Shown here piece after piece: positions 18,646 through 28,402 of a DNA stretch of 64,000 nucleotides. Numbering within the stretch: position 1 is the stretch's first letter; the number at the start of each line of letters is the position of its first letter. Made by a program: the position numbers and the translations under genes. Below the pieces are notes generated by a model, which was not told the origin of the DNA, searched no databases, and saw only the letters and a list, made by a program, of their open reading frames with translations. The stretch comes from an uncultured Peptostreptococcaceae bacterium (GTDB lineage Bacteria; Bacillota; Clostridia; Peptostreptococcales; Acidaminobacteraceae): NCBI GenBank assembly GCA_964404895.1, contig CAYOLV010000003.1, forward strand, positions 252,561 to 316,560, written 5' to 3'.

Positions 18646-19353
18646 ATGAATAAAACCGAAATGATTCAGTATGTTAAGAAGCAGCTGGTTCAACAGTATC
18701 CTAATGATCCGTCTTGTTTTACTCAAAATAAAAATGTATTCATTCCTTCAAATAAAACTTTTTTTGAAATCACGACTTTCGGCGACAATGCAGTCATTCA
18801 AGCAGATCCTATCATGATTTCTTGGTGCTCTGAAAAGTATGCTGAAACATCCGCCAAGGAGATCTTAGACGGTGAGTCTCTATACGAACTAGAAACTCAG
18901 CTTCGAAGACATGGTAAAAAGTTAGGAGGAGAACATTTGCGTTTTCTCTACCTTCACCCGGAGAAAAATATCTCACCCCCACAGGGCTATACTTACAAGC
19001 TTTTTGAAGCCAAAGACCTTCATCTTTTAAAAGATGAAAAAGCTTTTCTGAACGCACTGAATTTTAAACGAGATGTCATCGCTTTTGGTGCTTACCAAGA
19101 GGACAACTTAGTAGCTCTTGCTGGTGCCGATGACTATATGGGAAATCTCTGGCAAATTGGCATTGATACATTTTCAGAACATCGCTGTAAGGGTTTAGGC
19201 ACATATTTGGTAAAAACACTGGCTGACGAAATTATAAAAGCGGGTGCCGTTCCCTTCTATACAACTTGGAGCCCCAACATTGGTTCAATGAACTTGGCAC
19301 TCAGTGCAGGTTTCACACCCATTTGGTTGAGTTATTTTGCTGAAAATTTGTAA
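18646..19353 (+). CDS. GNAT-family acetyltransferase
   Basis: 235 aa; the C-terminal half has HRCKGLGTYLVKTL...SAGF, typical of GNAT motif A/B. Confidence 0.6.
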   Translation: MNKTEMIQYVKKQLVQQYPNDPSCFTQNKNVFIPSNKTFFEITTFGDNAVIQADPIMISWCSEKYAETSAKEILDGESLYELETQLRRHGKKLGGEHLRFLYLHPEKNISPPQGYTYKLFEAKDLHLLKDEKAFLNALNFKRDVIAFGAYQEDNLVALAGADDYMGNLWQIGIDTFSEHRCKGLGTYLVKTLADEIIKAGAVPFYTTWSPNIGSMNLALSAGFTPIWLSYFAENL

Positions 19354-19396
19354 AGTAAAAAATATGAACATTTCCCATTTTGAGAGGAGACTTCAA

Positions 19397-20299
19397 ATGT
19401 ATCAAGACAACGCTTTAGTTAGAGGCGCGGCAACTGCAAGGTTTAGATTGCACCCTGTTTTGGCTGTGGTGCTCTTGCTTCTCCTGTTTACCCTAAGTGT
19501 GCTGCTTTCCACCCCACTCACGACTTTATTCATCTATCTTACAGAGGGCTGGCAAGGTCTGATTGGTGAAACCGCTAGATATGGGCTCGCCTACTTGTTT
19601 TCACCTTTCATTACCGTCATTTTAGTCTTCTTTCTTTGGGTCAAGTTTGTGGAGAAACGAAGTATTTCCAGCTTAGGATTCTTTAAAGAAAAGATGCTCA
19701 TCGACTATATAAAAGGTTTTGGTTTTGGCTTTGCCCTTATGGGTGTTCATGTCTTTGTCTCTTATTTATTAGGTGTCTATAAACTTGAAGAAACTGTATT
19801 TAATTTTGACACGCCCCTCATTTTGCTTAGCGCCTTAATCATCTTACCCGGATGGCTTATTCAAGGGGCTGCAGAGGAAATCATGACCCGCGGATTGTTG
19901 TTTCAAGCCACTTCCCGAAAACACGTTCTAACAGGAGTTATTTTGTCTTCCAGTATTTTCGCCTTGCTTCATTTGATCAACAACGGCGTTACCCCACTTG
20001 TCATGTTGAATTTGATTTTATATGGTCTTTTTGCTTCCAGTTATGCTTTGTACAAAGAAAACCTTTGGAGTATCTGCGCTTTCCATAGTGCTTGGAACTG
20101 GGCTCAAGGCAATGTGTTCGGCATTTCAGTCAGTGGAAATTCCATGGGTGGAGGTTCTGTAATGGTCAGCGGACAAGCTCACGGCCTACCTTATATGACA
20201 GGTGGAACCTTTGGGGCAGAAGGGTCGATTATTATCACCGTGATGATGTTGGTTGCAACCGTGTATTTTTTCTATAAGACTTACCAAAAAACGGCGTAA
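19397..20299 (+). CDS. CPBP-family intramembrane glutamic endopeptidase (CAAX protease-like)
   Basis: Multi-TM protein with EEIMTRG and FALLH motifs (CPBP motifs 1 and 2). Start set at ATG 19397 (GAGAGGAGA RBS); the track start 19337 is a TTG overlapping the upstream gene. Confidence 0.75.
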   Translation: MYQDNALVRGAATARFRLHPVLAVVLLLLLFTLSVLLSTPLTTLFIYLTEGWQGLIGETARYGLAYLFSPFITVILVFFLWVKFVEKRSISSLGFFKEKMLIDYIKGFGFGFALMGVHVFVSYLLGVYKLEETVFNFDTPLILLSALIILPGWLIQGAAEEIMTRGLLFQATSRKHVLTGVILSSSIFALLHLINNGVTPLVMLNLILYGLFASSYALYKENLWSICAFHSAWNWAQGNVFGISVSGNSMGGGSVMVSGQAHGLPYMTGGTFGAEGSIIITVMMLVATVYFFYKTYQKTA

Positions 20300-20322
20300 A
20301 AAAAGTGGCCATAAGACCACTT
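20297..20322 (-). terminator. probable terminator for corA
   Basis: Minus strand reads AAGTGGTC-ttat-GGCCACTT followed by TTTTTTT. Lies just beyond the corA stop and overlaps the last bases of the CPBP gene. Confidence 0.5.
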
Positions 20323-20330
20323 ACAGTTCA

Positions 20331-20360
20331 AAGTGGCTCTTATAGCCACTTTTTCTTTTT
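20331..20360 (+). terminator. probable terminator for the CPBP protease gene
   Basis: AAGTGGCT-cttat-AGCCACTT followed by TTTCTTTTT. Lies inside the 3' end of convergent corA. Confidence 0.5.
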
Positions 20361-21317
20361 GAAGAAACTGACCATGCCTACGCTGAGGGCAATGCAGATG
20401 AACCAGAAAGCTGGGTAACTCCATTTCCAATTCAGTTCAGGCAGATATTTAAAGTTCATGCCGTACACCCCTGCCAAAAAAGTCAGGGGTATAAAAATAG
20501 CTGAATAGACCGTTAGTGTAGTCATAATGCGGTTCATACGGTTGCTGGCATTGGACAAATGCATGTCATACAGTGCGGTGACTAGTTCTCTATAATAGGC
20601 CAAAGTCTCGTTAATTTCCAAAAGACGATCGTTTAAATCCAAATAGACTGGGCGATGCTCTTCCTTAATAAAGTCCGACTCATAAACCAAGGAGCGGATA
20701 ATATCCTTCATTGGAGACACCGCAGATTTAATTTTCATGATTTCCTTTCGAACACGGTACAAATCATGAATATAGTTCCCTTTAGACTGACGCATGACTA
20801 AAGACTCAATTTGATCCATGCGTTGTTGAAACTGATCAAAAATCAAGAAGTGTTGATTGAGGACACTGCCCATGACTGAATAGAGCAGGTAGTCCAGACC
20901 TCTTCCCCGCATATTATTGCGGTTGATCTTCAATTTTTCCTGAACCTGCTCTACCACCGGGTGGGTGCCATGTTGGAAGGTATACATACATTTGTCTTTG
21001 ATTAAAATAGACATCTGATCCTTAACAATATGCTGAGTATCCTCTTCATAACGCAACACCTGCATGACGATGAAAATGCGATTTTCGTCAATTTCCACTT
21101 TTGGCAAATGGTCGCCCTTTGTAATGTCTTCCCAAGTCAATCGATCAATATCAAAAGCCCGTTGAATTTCTTTGGCATCTTCTCCTCGATTAATTATAGG
21201 ATCTACAGGAATATGGATCCATTGAATATCCTGAGGGAGCTTTATAATTTCCCTGGGAAATTTAAACGGTATCCGCTTAACTTCATCAATATTATAGTGG
21301 GTATACTCTCCAAGCAC
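20340..21317 (-). CDS. corA: CorA-family magnesium/cobalt transporter
   Basis: 325 aa with two C-terminal TM helices and the YGMNF signature (VYGMNFKYLPE). Confidence 0.9.
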   Translation of the reverse strand: MLGEYTHYNIDEVKRIPFKFPREIIKLPQDIQWIHIPVDPIINRGEDAKEIQRAFDIDRLTWEDITKGDHLPKVEIDENRIFIVMQVLRYEEDTQHIVKDQMSILIKDKCMYTFQHGTHPVVEQVQEKLKINRNNMRGRGLDYLLYSVMGSVLNQHFLIFDQFQQRMDQIESLVMRQSKGNYIHDLYRVRKEIMKIKSAVSPMKDIIRSLVYESDFIKEEHRPVYLDLNDRLLEINETLAYYRELVTALYDMHLSNASNRMNRIMTTLTVYSAIFIPLTFLAGVYGMNFKYLPELNWKWSYPAFWFICIALSVGMVSFFKKKKWL

Positions 21318-21375
21318 GGTGGTTCACCTCTGTTCGTCAGAATTTTACTGATCAAAAATGCTTATTATCAAGCGC

Positions 21376-23577
21376 TTACTTACTCAAACCTTTCATGGTC
21401 ATGGAAATCTTTTTGCGCTCTTTATCGATGCTGATGATTTTTACTTTAACCACATCTCCAACAGAAACCACGTCCATAGGGTTTTTTACAAATTTGTCAG
21501 CCAATTGAGAAACGTGAACCAAACCGTCGGTTTTTACACCAATATCTACAAAGGCGCCAAAGTTAGCTACGTTTCTAACTGTACCCATGAGTTCCATGCC
21601 TTCGGCAAGGTCATTGAAAGACAAGACGTCCGAACGGAAAATAGGTTTAGGCATGTCTTCACGAGGGTCTCTTCCTGGTTTTTTAAGTTCGGCTACAATA
21701 TCCGTTAAGGTCAAAACCCCAACTTCTAAAGTTTCAGCCATTTTACGAAGAGCATCTTTGAGCTGTTTGGTTTCTGTATGGTTAATGAGGCGCTCTTCAA
21801 TATCGTTGAGGCTGCCCTTTTTAAGGTCTTTAGGTCCATAACCGATGGTGGTCATGAGGCGGGTTGCAAGTTCATAAGATTCAGGGTGAACCGCTGTATT
21901 ATCAAGAGGTTCGGCGCCGTCTCTAATGCGAAGGAAGCCTGCACATTGTTCGTATGCCTTGTCCCCTAATCGTTTGACTTTTTTAAGTTCTTTACGGCTT
22001 TTGAACCTGCCGTTTTCGTCTCTGTAAGCCACAATATTCTTGGCGATGGTTTCGTTGATGCCCGAAACGTATTTAAGAAGAGATGGCGTTGCCATATTCA
22101 GGTCAACCCCAACACCGTTTACACAGTCTTCAACAACGTTTTTCAAGGTTTCGTCCAAATTCTTTTGGTTCAGGTCATGTTGATACTGACCCACCCCAAT
22201 GCTTTTCGGATCGATTTTTACCAATTCAGCCAGTGGATCTTGGAGTCTTCTCCCAATGGAAATCGCCCCTCTGATAGAAACATCCAAATCTGGATATTCT
22301 TCAGTGGCTAATTTGGAAGCGCTGTACACAGAGGCCCCAGCTTCACTGACAATGGTGTAAAAGACTTGTCGATCCAAAGTCTTTAATAAATCCGCCACAA
22401 CACTTTCCGTCTCTCTAGAACCGGTACCATTGCCTATAGAAACAATATCCACCCCGTACTTTTCAATCATAGTCTTGAGGACTTTTTGAGAACCGGTGAT
22501 ATCGTTTCTCGGCTCCGTTGGATAAATCGTAGCATACTCAAGGAGTTTGCCCGTTTCATCCAGAACTGTCACTTTACAACCCGTACGGTAACCCGGGTCG
22601 ATGGCAAGAACTTTCACGTTCATGACAGGGGCTTGCATCAACAGTGGTTTAGTATTTTTACCAAAGACTGAAATGGCTTCAACCTCTGCTTTTTCTGTGG
22701 CAATATTTCGAACTTCTCTTTCAATAGAAGGCAAAATCAAGCGTTTGAGGGAATCCTCCACCGCCATGACCAAACGTTCATCGAAGGATGGATTGGCTTT
22801 CGGACAAATTTGAGACACCATCCAATTTTGAATGGTGTCGGTGCCTGTTTCAATTTGCGCCTTGACCCATTCTTCTTTTTCCGCACGGTTCACTGCCAAG
22901 ACTCTATGTGAAGGCATTTTGTTGATCGGCTCAGAATAGTCATAGTACATTTCGTAAACAGACTGCTCTTTAGGTTTCGTAGCTTTAGTGACCAAAACCC
23001 CATTTTTCAGGAAGAAGTCCCGTATGAAGGTTCTGTTTTCTGCATTGTCAGAGAACATTTCCGCTAAAATATCGTTTGCCCCTTCAAGAGCCGCTTCCGC
23101 CGTTGGCACATTCAACTCTTCTTTTTCAGCTTCCATATTAATGAAAGCTTCTGCCACACTGAGGGCTGTGGAAGTCTTGTCTTCTGACCCCAGCAAAATG
23201 AGGGCCAAAGGCTCTAAACCTTTTTCTTTGGCGATGGTGGCGCGGGTTCTCTTTTTCTGTTTATAAGGACGATAAAGGTCTTCTAAACGTTGGAGTACCC
23301 CTGCCCCTTCAATTTCTGCACGAAGTTCATCGGTCAACTTCCCTTGTTCGTCTATGAGGCGAATGATTTCCAGTTTCCGCTCATCCAGATTTCTCAAGTA
23401 TTTGAGACGCTCTTCAAAGTCTCTGAGGACTTCATCTGAAGCGCCTCCAGTGATTTCTTTTCGGTATCTTGCGATGAACGGAATGGTATTGCCTTCATCG
23501 ATTAACTTAATGATTTCTTCGACCTGACTGATTTTCAGGCCTAATTCTTTGGCTAATTGCTGGTTCATGGACCTCAC
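21376..23577 (-). CDS. tex: Tex-like transcription accessory protein (S1 RNA-binding domain protein)
   Basis: 733 aa with Tex N-terminal region (IPFIARYRKE), a YqgF/RuvC-like centre, HhH region and C-terminal S1 domain (GTVRNVANFGAFVDIG...GLVHVSQL). Confidence 0.9.
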   Translation of the reverse strand: MRSMNQQLAKELGLKISQVEEIIKLIDEGNTIPFIARYRKEITGGASDEVLRDFEERLKYLRNLDERKLEIIRLIDEQGKLTDELRAEIEGAGVLQRLEDLYRPYKQKKRTRATIAKEKGLEPLALILLGSEDKTSTALSVAEAFINMEAEKEELNVPTAEAALEGANDILAEMFSDNAENRTFIRDFFLKNGVLVTKATKPKEQSVYEMYYDYSEPINKMPSHRVLAVNRAEKEEWVKAQIETGTDTIQNWMVSQICPKANPSFDERLVMAVEDSLKRLILPSIEREVRNIATEKAEVEAISVFGKNTKPLLMQAPVMNVKVLAIDPGYRTGCKVTVLDETGKLLEYATIYPTEPRNDITGSQKVLKTMIEKYGVDIVSIGNGTGSRETESVVADLLKTLDRQVFYTIVSEAGASVYSASKLATEEYPDLDVSIRGAISIGRRLQDPLAELVKIDPKSIGVGQYQHDLNQKNLDETLKNVVEDCVNGVGVDLNMATPSLLKYVSGINETIAKNIVAYRDENGRFKSRKELKKVKRLGDKAYEQCAGFLRIRDGAEPLDNTAVHPESYELATRLMTTIGYGPKDLKKGSLNDIEERLINHTETKQLKDALRKMAETLEVGVLTLTDIVAELKKPGRDPREDMPKPIFRSDVLSFNDLAEGMELMGTVRNVANFGAFVDIGVKTDGLVHVSQLADKFVKNPMDVVSVGDVVKVKIISIDKERKKISMTMKGLSK

Positions 23578-23629
23578 TCCTTATCTATCTCCTACATTAT
23601 ACAAGATATTGGAGCAAGTTGCATGATTC

Positions 23630-24850
23630 TTATGCTTTTTCCCAGCTGCCCAGAATTTTGAGCCAAGTGGTTTTTTCTGCGAGCTCTTGGAGGGCTTCTT
23701 CCACGGGGCTATTTGGCGTGGGTGCCGCTCCGTCCTGATTGGACTGGACTGCGGGTAAATCTCCTTCAAGTTCAGACTGTGTCGCTCGAGTTTCAAAGTC
23801 CATGTAAAACTGGTACTCGAAGGGTTTGTCTCCTATAGGACGGGACTCAATTTTGAGCAGATTTAATTGGCGTTTTGAAAATACCGTCAGCACCTCTGCC
23901 AAAGTACCGCTTTGGTGCTTCAGGCGAAAGCTCAGCCCGATGACCCTCGGGGTGGTCGCCTCAAAGGTTTTGGCCTCTGCCCCTTCCCGCTTGAAAATGA
24001 TGAAGCGAGTTTGATTGAGTCCAAAATCGTTGATCGGCCCCTCAAAAATTTCCAGTCCGTATAAAGCCGCCGCCCCTAGGCTTCCAATCGCCGCCGTGTT
24101 AGGGTTCTGTGAGGCAAGACGGGCGCCATCGCTTGAACTGTCTACTGCTCTTTGATGCCACCCCTTTTCATATAGATAAGACTGACACTGACTCAGGGCT
24201 TGGTGATGGGAATAGACCACTTCCAGTTTTCCCAAATTCGTTTTTTCTTTTGCCATTAAGTAATGGGCAATGGGGCGCTTGATTTCTCCAACAATTTCGA
24301 TGGGCATTTTCCCAATCAAGTCGTAAACGGTGTAAATTGAACCTGTGGAAGAGTTTTCAATGGGTAAAATCCCAAATTGACACGTCCCCTCTACCACGGC
24401 TGCAACTACCTGTTCAAAACTAGAAAACCCAATGCATTGACCCTCCTCAGTTTGAGGGAAGTAGGCAGTCTTGGCTTCATGGGTGTAAGAGCCCAGTGCG
24501 CCGAAGTACGCGACGGTGTTCTCTTGAAATTTAGCCAGAAGATCCCCTTGAAATTCTTCTGAAACTTCTTGTTGTGTATCTTGAGTATTTATCTCCTGAA
24601 TATCCGTTTGCAGGGCTTTACTGGTTGTGAAAATAGTCTGATACACCTTTTCAACCGTATCCCAGTAGGCCTGATTATGAACTCTATTTTTCAAACCTTC
24701 CAACAACTTTTCCTCACGGCTGAGATCGTTGACGGGCATGTTATTTTCTTTTTTATATTGACCAATTTGCCTGACCTGATCCATTCTATTTTCTAAGAGC
24801 TTTAAAATATTTAAGTCAATGGCTTCAATCGCCTGTCTGGCTTTTTCCAC
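23630..24850 (-). CDS. pheA: bifunctional chorismate mutase / prephenate dehydratase
   Basis: N-terminal AroQ chorismate mutase (IDLNILKLLENRMDQVRQIGQYK), PDT domain with NQTRFIIF, and ACT domain with LKIESRPIG. The ACT region carries an extra Pro/Ala-rich insert before the C-terminal LKILGSW. Confidence 0.88.
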   Translation of the reverse strand: MEKARQAIEAIDLNILKLLENRMDQVRQIGQYKKENNMPVNDLSREEKLLEGLKNRVHNQAYWDTVEKVYQTIFTTSKALQTDIQEINTQDTQQEVSEEFQGDLLAKFQENTVAYFGALGSYTHEAKTAYFPQTEEGQCIGFSSFEQVVAAVVEGTCQFGILPIENSSTGSIYTVYDLIGKMPIEIVGEIKRPIAHYLMAKEKTNLGKLEVVYSHHQALSQCQSYLYEKGWHQRAVDSSSDGARLASQNPNTAAIGSLGAAALYGLEIFEGPINDFGLNQTRFIIFKREGAEAKTFEATTPRVIGLSFRLKHQSGTLAEVLTVFSKRQLNLLKIESRPIGDKPFEYQFYMDFETRATQSELEGDLPAVQSNQDGAAPTPNSPVEEALQELAEKTTWLKILGSWEKA

Positions 24851-24864
24851 GGGGTTCCCCTCCT

Positions 24865-25890
24865 CTACTCCAGCATTTGTGACGGATTGTGGGACAATAT
24901 CAAATCTAAAAACACCACCGCCGCCATGGCTTCTACCACTGGCAATCCCCGAATCCCTATACAGGGGTCGTGTCTCCCATCAATCTGAATTGTGACAGGA
25001 TTTCCCTCTTGATCGATGGTCTGTTGCGGCATTTTAATGGAAGCCGTGGGTTTGAACACCGTTTGGAACTTAATCGGCGTCCCGATGGTGATGCCTCCCA
25101 GAACCCCTCCATTATGATGGCTGGTGGTTTGGACTTTTCCATTCTCTATCACAAAAGGGTCATTGGCCTCTGAACCCTTCATTTTTCCCAGTTCAAAACC
25201 CGTTCCGAATGAGACGCCTTTCACACCGGGTATGGCAAATAGGGCTTTTGCTAATATGCCTTCCAAACTGTCAAAGTCGGGCCCACAAAATCCTGCAGGT
25301 ATGCCCGTTACAAGGGTTTCAACAACAGCCCCTACTGAGTCCCCAGAAGCTTTCACCTTTTCTAGTAGCGTTTCCAGTTCCAAGTCCCCTATTTGGCAAT
25401 TTTCCAAATCTCCTACTCGTAAAAACCGCGAGCTGATTCCTATACCCTTTTCTTCCAAGACTTGCTTACACAAAGCCCCTGCAAAAACCATGGGAGCAGT
25501 CAGCCGACCTGAAAATTGTCCACTGCCCCGAGAGTCCCAGTGGGTTCCATATTTTACAAAGGCGCTATAATCCACGTGAGAAGGTCTAAAAATGCCTTTT
25601 AGGGCATCATAGTCCTTGCTCTTTTGTCCTTTGTTTTCAATCATGCCACAGATAGGTGCCCCAGTGGTCTTGTTATTGAGCAAACCGCTGACCATGCGAA
25701 CTTGATCGGTTTCTTGTCTCTCAGTGACCCCTTTTTGCCCGCCAGGGCGTCTTCTTTCCATTTCCCTTGCCAATGCGTCTAAATCAATTTCAACCCCTGC
25801 TGGGAAACCGTTGATGACCATGCCTATGGCTTCTCCATGAGACTCCCCGAACAGGGCAAGTTCAAGCTGTGCCCCTTTAAAGTTTCCCAT
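24865..25890 (-). CDS. aroC: chorismate synthase
   Basis: MGNFKGAQLELALFGESHGEAIG N-terminus and GRHDPCIG motif. Start set to ATG 25890 (GGGAGGA RBS); the track ORF runs a further 50 codons upstream through the aroA tail. Confidence 0.9.
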   Translation of the reverse strand: MGNFKGAQLELALFGESHGEAIGMVINGFPAGVEIDLDALAREMERRRPGGQKGVTERQETDQVRMVSGLLNNKTTGAPICGMIENKGQKSKDYDALKGIFRPSHVDYSAFVKYGTHWDSRGSGQFSGRLTAPMVFAGALCKQVLEEKGIGISSRFLRVGDLENCQIGDLELETLLEKVKASGDSVGAVVETLVTGIPAGFCGPDFDSLEGILAKALFAIPGVKGVSFGTGFELGKMKGSEANDPFVIENGKVQTTSHHNGGVLGGITIGTPIKFQTVFKPTASIKMPQQTIDQEGNPVTIQIDGRHDPCIGIRGLPVVEAMAAVVFLDLILSHNPSQMLE

Positions 25891-27298
25891 GACCTTGTCC
25901 TCCCAGTTGTTCAAGGTGGCTTTGTCCTCCCACCGTCTCCCCGTGAACCCGATTTCCCGTGCACTCCCCGTGAACCTGACCGCCAAGTTGAGCAAAGTCG
26001 GCAAAGAATTTTGGGTAAGACTTGTTGATGGCTTCTCCACCTTCTATGACTACGGGGTGATCACATCTAAGTGCTGCCACAGATGCCGCCATGACGATTC
26101 TATGATCTCCGCAACCTTCGACAAAGCCTCCAAGCAGTTGTTCCTTCCCTTCAATGACCATGCCGTTTTCTGTTTCCCATACGTCAGCTCCCAGATTTTC
26201 CAGCAAACTGACGGTACTCTTAATACGGTCTGACTCTTTGATCCGCAATCTGCCCCCGTTGACAATCTCCGTTCTGCCTTGACTTACACTGGCCAAAACC
26301 GCTAAGATGGGGATAATGTCGGGACATTGTCTGGCATCAATAATCGTTCCTTTGGTTTTAGACGGGTGTACGACAACACCCTCTTCGACTCTTTCAATTT
26401 TTCCACCCATGGCTTCCACAGTTTCCAGAATTCTTCGGTCTGCCTGCTGTGAACCCCTTTTCAGATTGGAACAAGTCACCCTTTCACTGCCGATCAGCCC
26501 TGCCACTATGAAAAAGGCGGCTTGGGAGTAGTCTCCTTCTACAGTGCTGGTTTCTGGCTTAAAGCTTTGAAGACCCTTTACGCTGTAAGTTTTCTCATCC
26601 GTTTTGACGATGTTTATGCCGTGGTTTTCAAGGACTTCGAGGGTCAATGCCACATAATCTTCAGACTCCAAATGACCTTCTATGACAATTTGAGAATCTT
26701 CTCTAAGCAGAGGCAGCGCCATCATCAGCCCAGAAAGGTATTGTGAACTTTCCCCTCCTGTCAGCCTGTAAGTCCCTGATTTCAAAGTGTCCGAAGTCAC
26801 CAACGGCAATGCTTTATTGTAGTCATAAGTCATGCCCAACTGGTCAAAGTTTCGCAAGTACTCTGTGAGAGGTCGCTTGGGCAGTCCGCCTTCCCCTTCA
26901 AACCGTTTTTCTCCTGACAAGAGCATGCCAATGGGGATAGTGAACCGCAAAGTGGAACCTGATTCGCCGCAATGAAAGTGGTAGGACTGGGTGGATTTCT
27001 CTCCCCTCTGAAAATGCGCAGAAGTTTCGCCTTTTATTTGCGCCTTTTCATCCTTTATATCTATCTTCGCACCTTTAATATGAACCGTTGTGCCTTCCCT
27101 AACTACCTGTGCCCCCAGAACTTTCACGGCTCTCAGGGTCGCCTCTACATCCTCCGAGGTCTGCACTTTATGAATGGTGCTGATCCCTTCGGAAAGCGCC
27201 GCGCACAACAAGTGCCTGTGGCTCATGCTTTTAGAAGATGGAATTTCGATACACCCGCTAAGGGTACTTCCCGTTACGCTAACTCGTCTCATGCCCAT
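25877..27298 (-). CDS. aroA: 3-phosphoshikimate 1-carboxyvinyltransferase (EPSP synthase) with a repetitive C-terminal extension
   Basis: SKSMSHRHLL, GESGSTLRF and LRIKESDRI motifs. The usual end (...YPKFFADFAQLGG) is followed by ~35 extra residues from the 27-nt repeat. Overlaps the aroC start by 14 nt. Confidence 0.9.
   Translation of the reverse strand: MGMRRVSVTGSTLSGCIEIPSSKSMSHRHLLCAALSEGISTIHKVQTSEDVEATLRAVKVLGAQVVREGTTVHIKGAKIDIKDEKAQIKGETSAHFQRGEKSTQSYHFHCGESGSTLRFTIPIGMLLSGEKRFEGEGGLPKRPLTEYLRNFDQLGMTYDYNKALPLVTSDTLKSGTYRLTGGESSQYLSGLMMALPLLREDSQIVIEGHLESEDYVALTLEVLENHGINIVKTDEKTYSVKGLQSFKPETSTVEGDYSQAAFFIVAGLIGSERVTCSNLKRGSQQADRRILETVEAMGGKIERVEEGVVVHPSKTKGTIIDARQCPDIIPILAVLASVSQGRTEIVNGGRLRIKESDRIKSTVSLLENLGADVWETENGMVIEGKEQLLGGFVEGCGDHRIVMAASVAALRCDHPVVIEGGEAINKSYPKFFADFAQLGGQVHGECTGNRVHGETVGGQSHLEQLGGQGHGKL
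25895..25976 (-). repeat. degenerate tandem 27-nt (9-codon) repeat at the aroA 3' end / aroC start
   Basis: TTGTCCTCCCA occurs at 25895-25905 and 25922-25932. CTCCCCGTGAACC occurs at 25937-25949 and 25964-25976. Both pairs are exactly 27 nt apart and encode GGQVHGECT/GNRVHGETV/GGQSHLEQL/GGQGHGKL. Confidence 0.7.
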
Positions 27299-28389
27299 AC
27301 CCCTTCCGCAAAGATTGCAAGTTCATTGGGATCAATTTTGTCGCTGTGCCACTTTCCAACGGCCGTTGGCCAAATCAAGTCAATGCCCTTGTCACTGTTC
27401 TTTTTGTCTGACTTCAACGTGTTGACCCATGTGGCTCTAGGATGCTTCAACCCTGTTGGCCAAGTGTCTAGTTCGTATTTTGACAAGGTCTCCTGCAAAT
27501 GATTTAAAAGTGCAATGTCACAACCTAAGGCTCTGTGGGCGAAAGCCGTCTCTGCTATCATGCCCAGTGCAACCGCTCTGCCGTGACTGATGCTGCCATA
27601 CCCAAGTAGTTGTTCCAAGCCGTGTCCCAAGGTGTGCCCGAAGTTCAAGACTTTCCGCTTAGAAGCTTCTTTAGGGTCTTCTTCAACAATGGCAATCTTT
27701 AAGGCGATGGCTCTTTCGATAGCACATTGCCAATGTTTCGGCTCTTGATCTTCTGGCAGACAGTCTAGTAAATCTGCATCTAAGGTGTACCCGTATTTAA
27801 TCAGTTCACTAATACCGTTGTCCCACTCTAATTTTGGGAGAGTCTCCAAGACACTGGGATCCGTCAGCACCATCATCGGATTGTGGAATTGACCCACAAG
27901 GTTTTTCCCCGCTTCGCTGTTGACCCCTACTTTTCCCCCAATGCTGCTATCCACTTGGGCGAGAAGGGTGGTTGGAATGTGGATGTACCTTAGCCCTCTC
28001 ATGTAAATAGAGGCGGCAAACCCCGCCAAGTCTCCCGTAACACCCCCTCCGAAGGCGATGATCAGGTCGTCTCTGTGGATACTTTCCTTTGAGAGAAACG
28101 AAAGAATGGTCATGACGGTATCCATATTTTTATGTTGCTCACCTTCCGGCAAAATCATGGCATGTATGAAGCCGTACTCTCCAAGAGCGGTAAAGAGTGT
28201 TTCCCCGTGATATTTCATGGCACTTGGGTCCGCAATGACCACCACCCGACTGACGTTTGCCACCTCGTGTATGAGTTGTCCTGCTATTTGGAGAATACCG
28301 CAACCCACATGAACAGGGTAAGCGCTGTGTTTTAAGGTGTTATGGGGTATTTCTAAGGCTTGTCTATTTGTAATTTCAACAGCTTGCAT
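27289..28389 (-). CDS. aroB: 3-dehydroquinate synthase
   Basis: GGGVTGDLAGFAAS nucleotide-binding motif and metal-site HTLGHGLE...HGRAVALG. Confidence 0.92.
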   Translation of the reverse strand: MQAVEITNRQALEIPHNTLKHSAYPVHVGCGILQIAGQLIHEVANVSRVVVIADPSAMKYHGETLFTALGEYGFIHAMILPEGEQHKNMDTVMTILSFLSKESIHRDDLIIAFGGGVTGDLAGFAASIYMRGLRYIHIPTTLLAQVDSSIGGKVGVNSEAGKNLVGQFHNPMMVLTDPSVLETLPKLEWDNGISELIKYGYTLDADLLDCLPEDQEPKHWQCAIERAIALKIAIVEEDPKEASKRKVLNFGHTLGHGLEQLLGYGSISHGRAVALGMIAETAFAHRALGCDIALLNHLQETLSKYELDTWPTGLKHPRATWVNTLKSDKKNSDKGIDLIWPTAVGKWHSDKIDPNELAIFAEGVWA

Positions 28390-28402
28390 GGTTTTAACCT
28401 CC

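Noticed and set aside
23581-23796. 71-aa minus-strand ORF overlapping the pheA 3' end
   Set aside because: It is an alternative frame of the pheA C-terminus and the tex-pheA spacer, with no RBS and a basic low-complexity translation.
25891-26040. 50-codon N-terminal extension of the aroC ORF in the track (start 26040)
   Set aside because: Chorismate synthases begin at the MGNFKG...GESHG segment, and ATG 25890 has a GGGAGGA RBS. The extension is simply the other frame of the aroA repeat tail.
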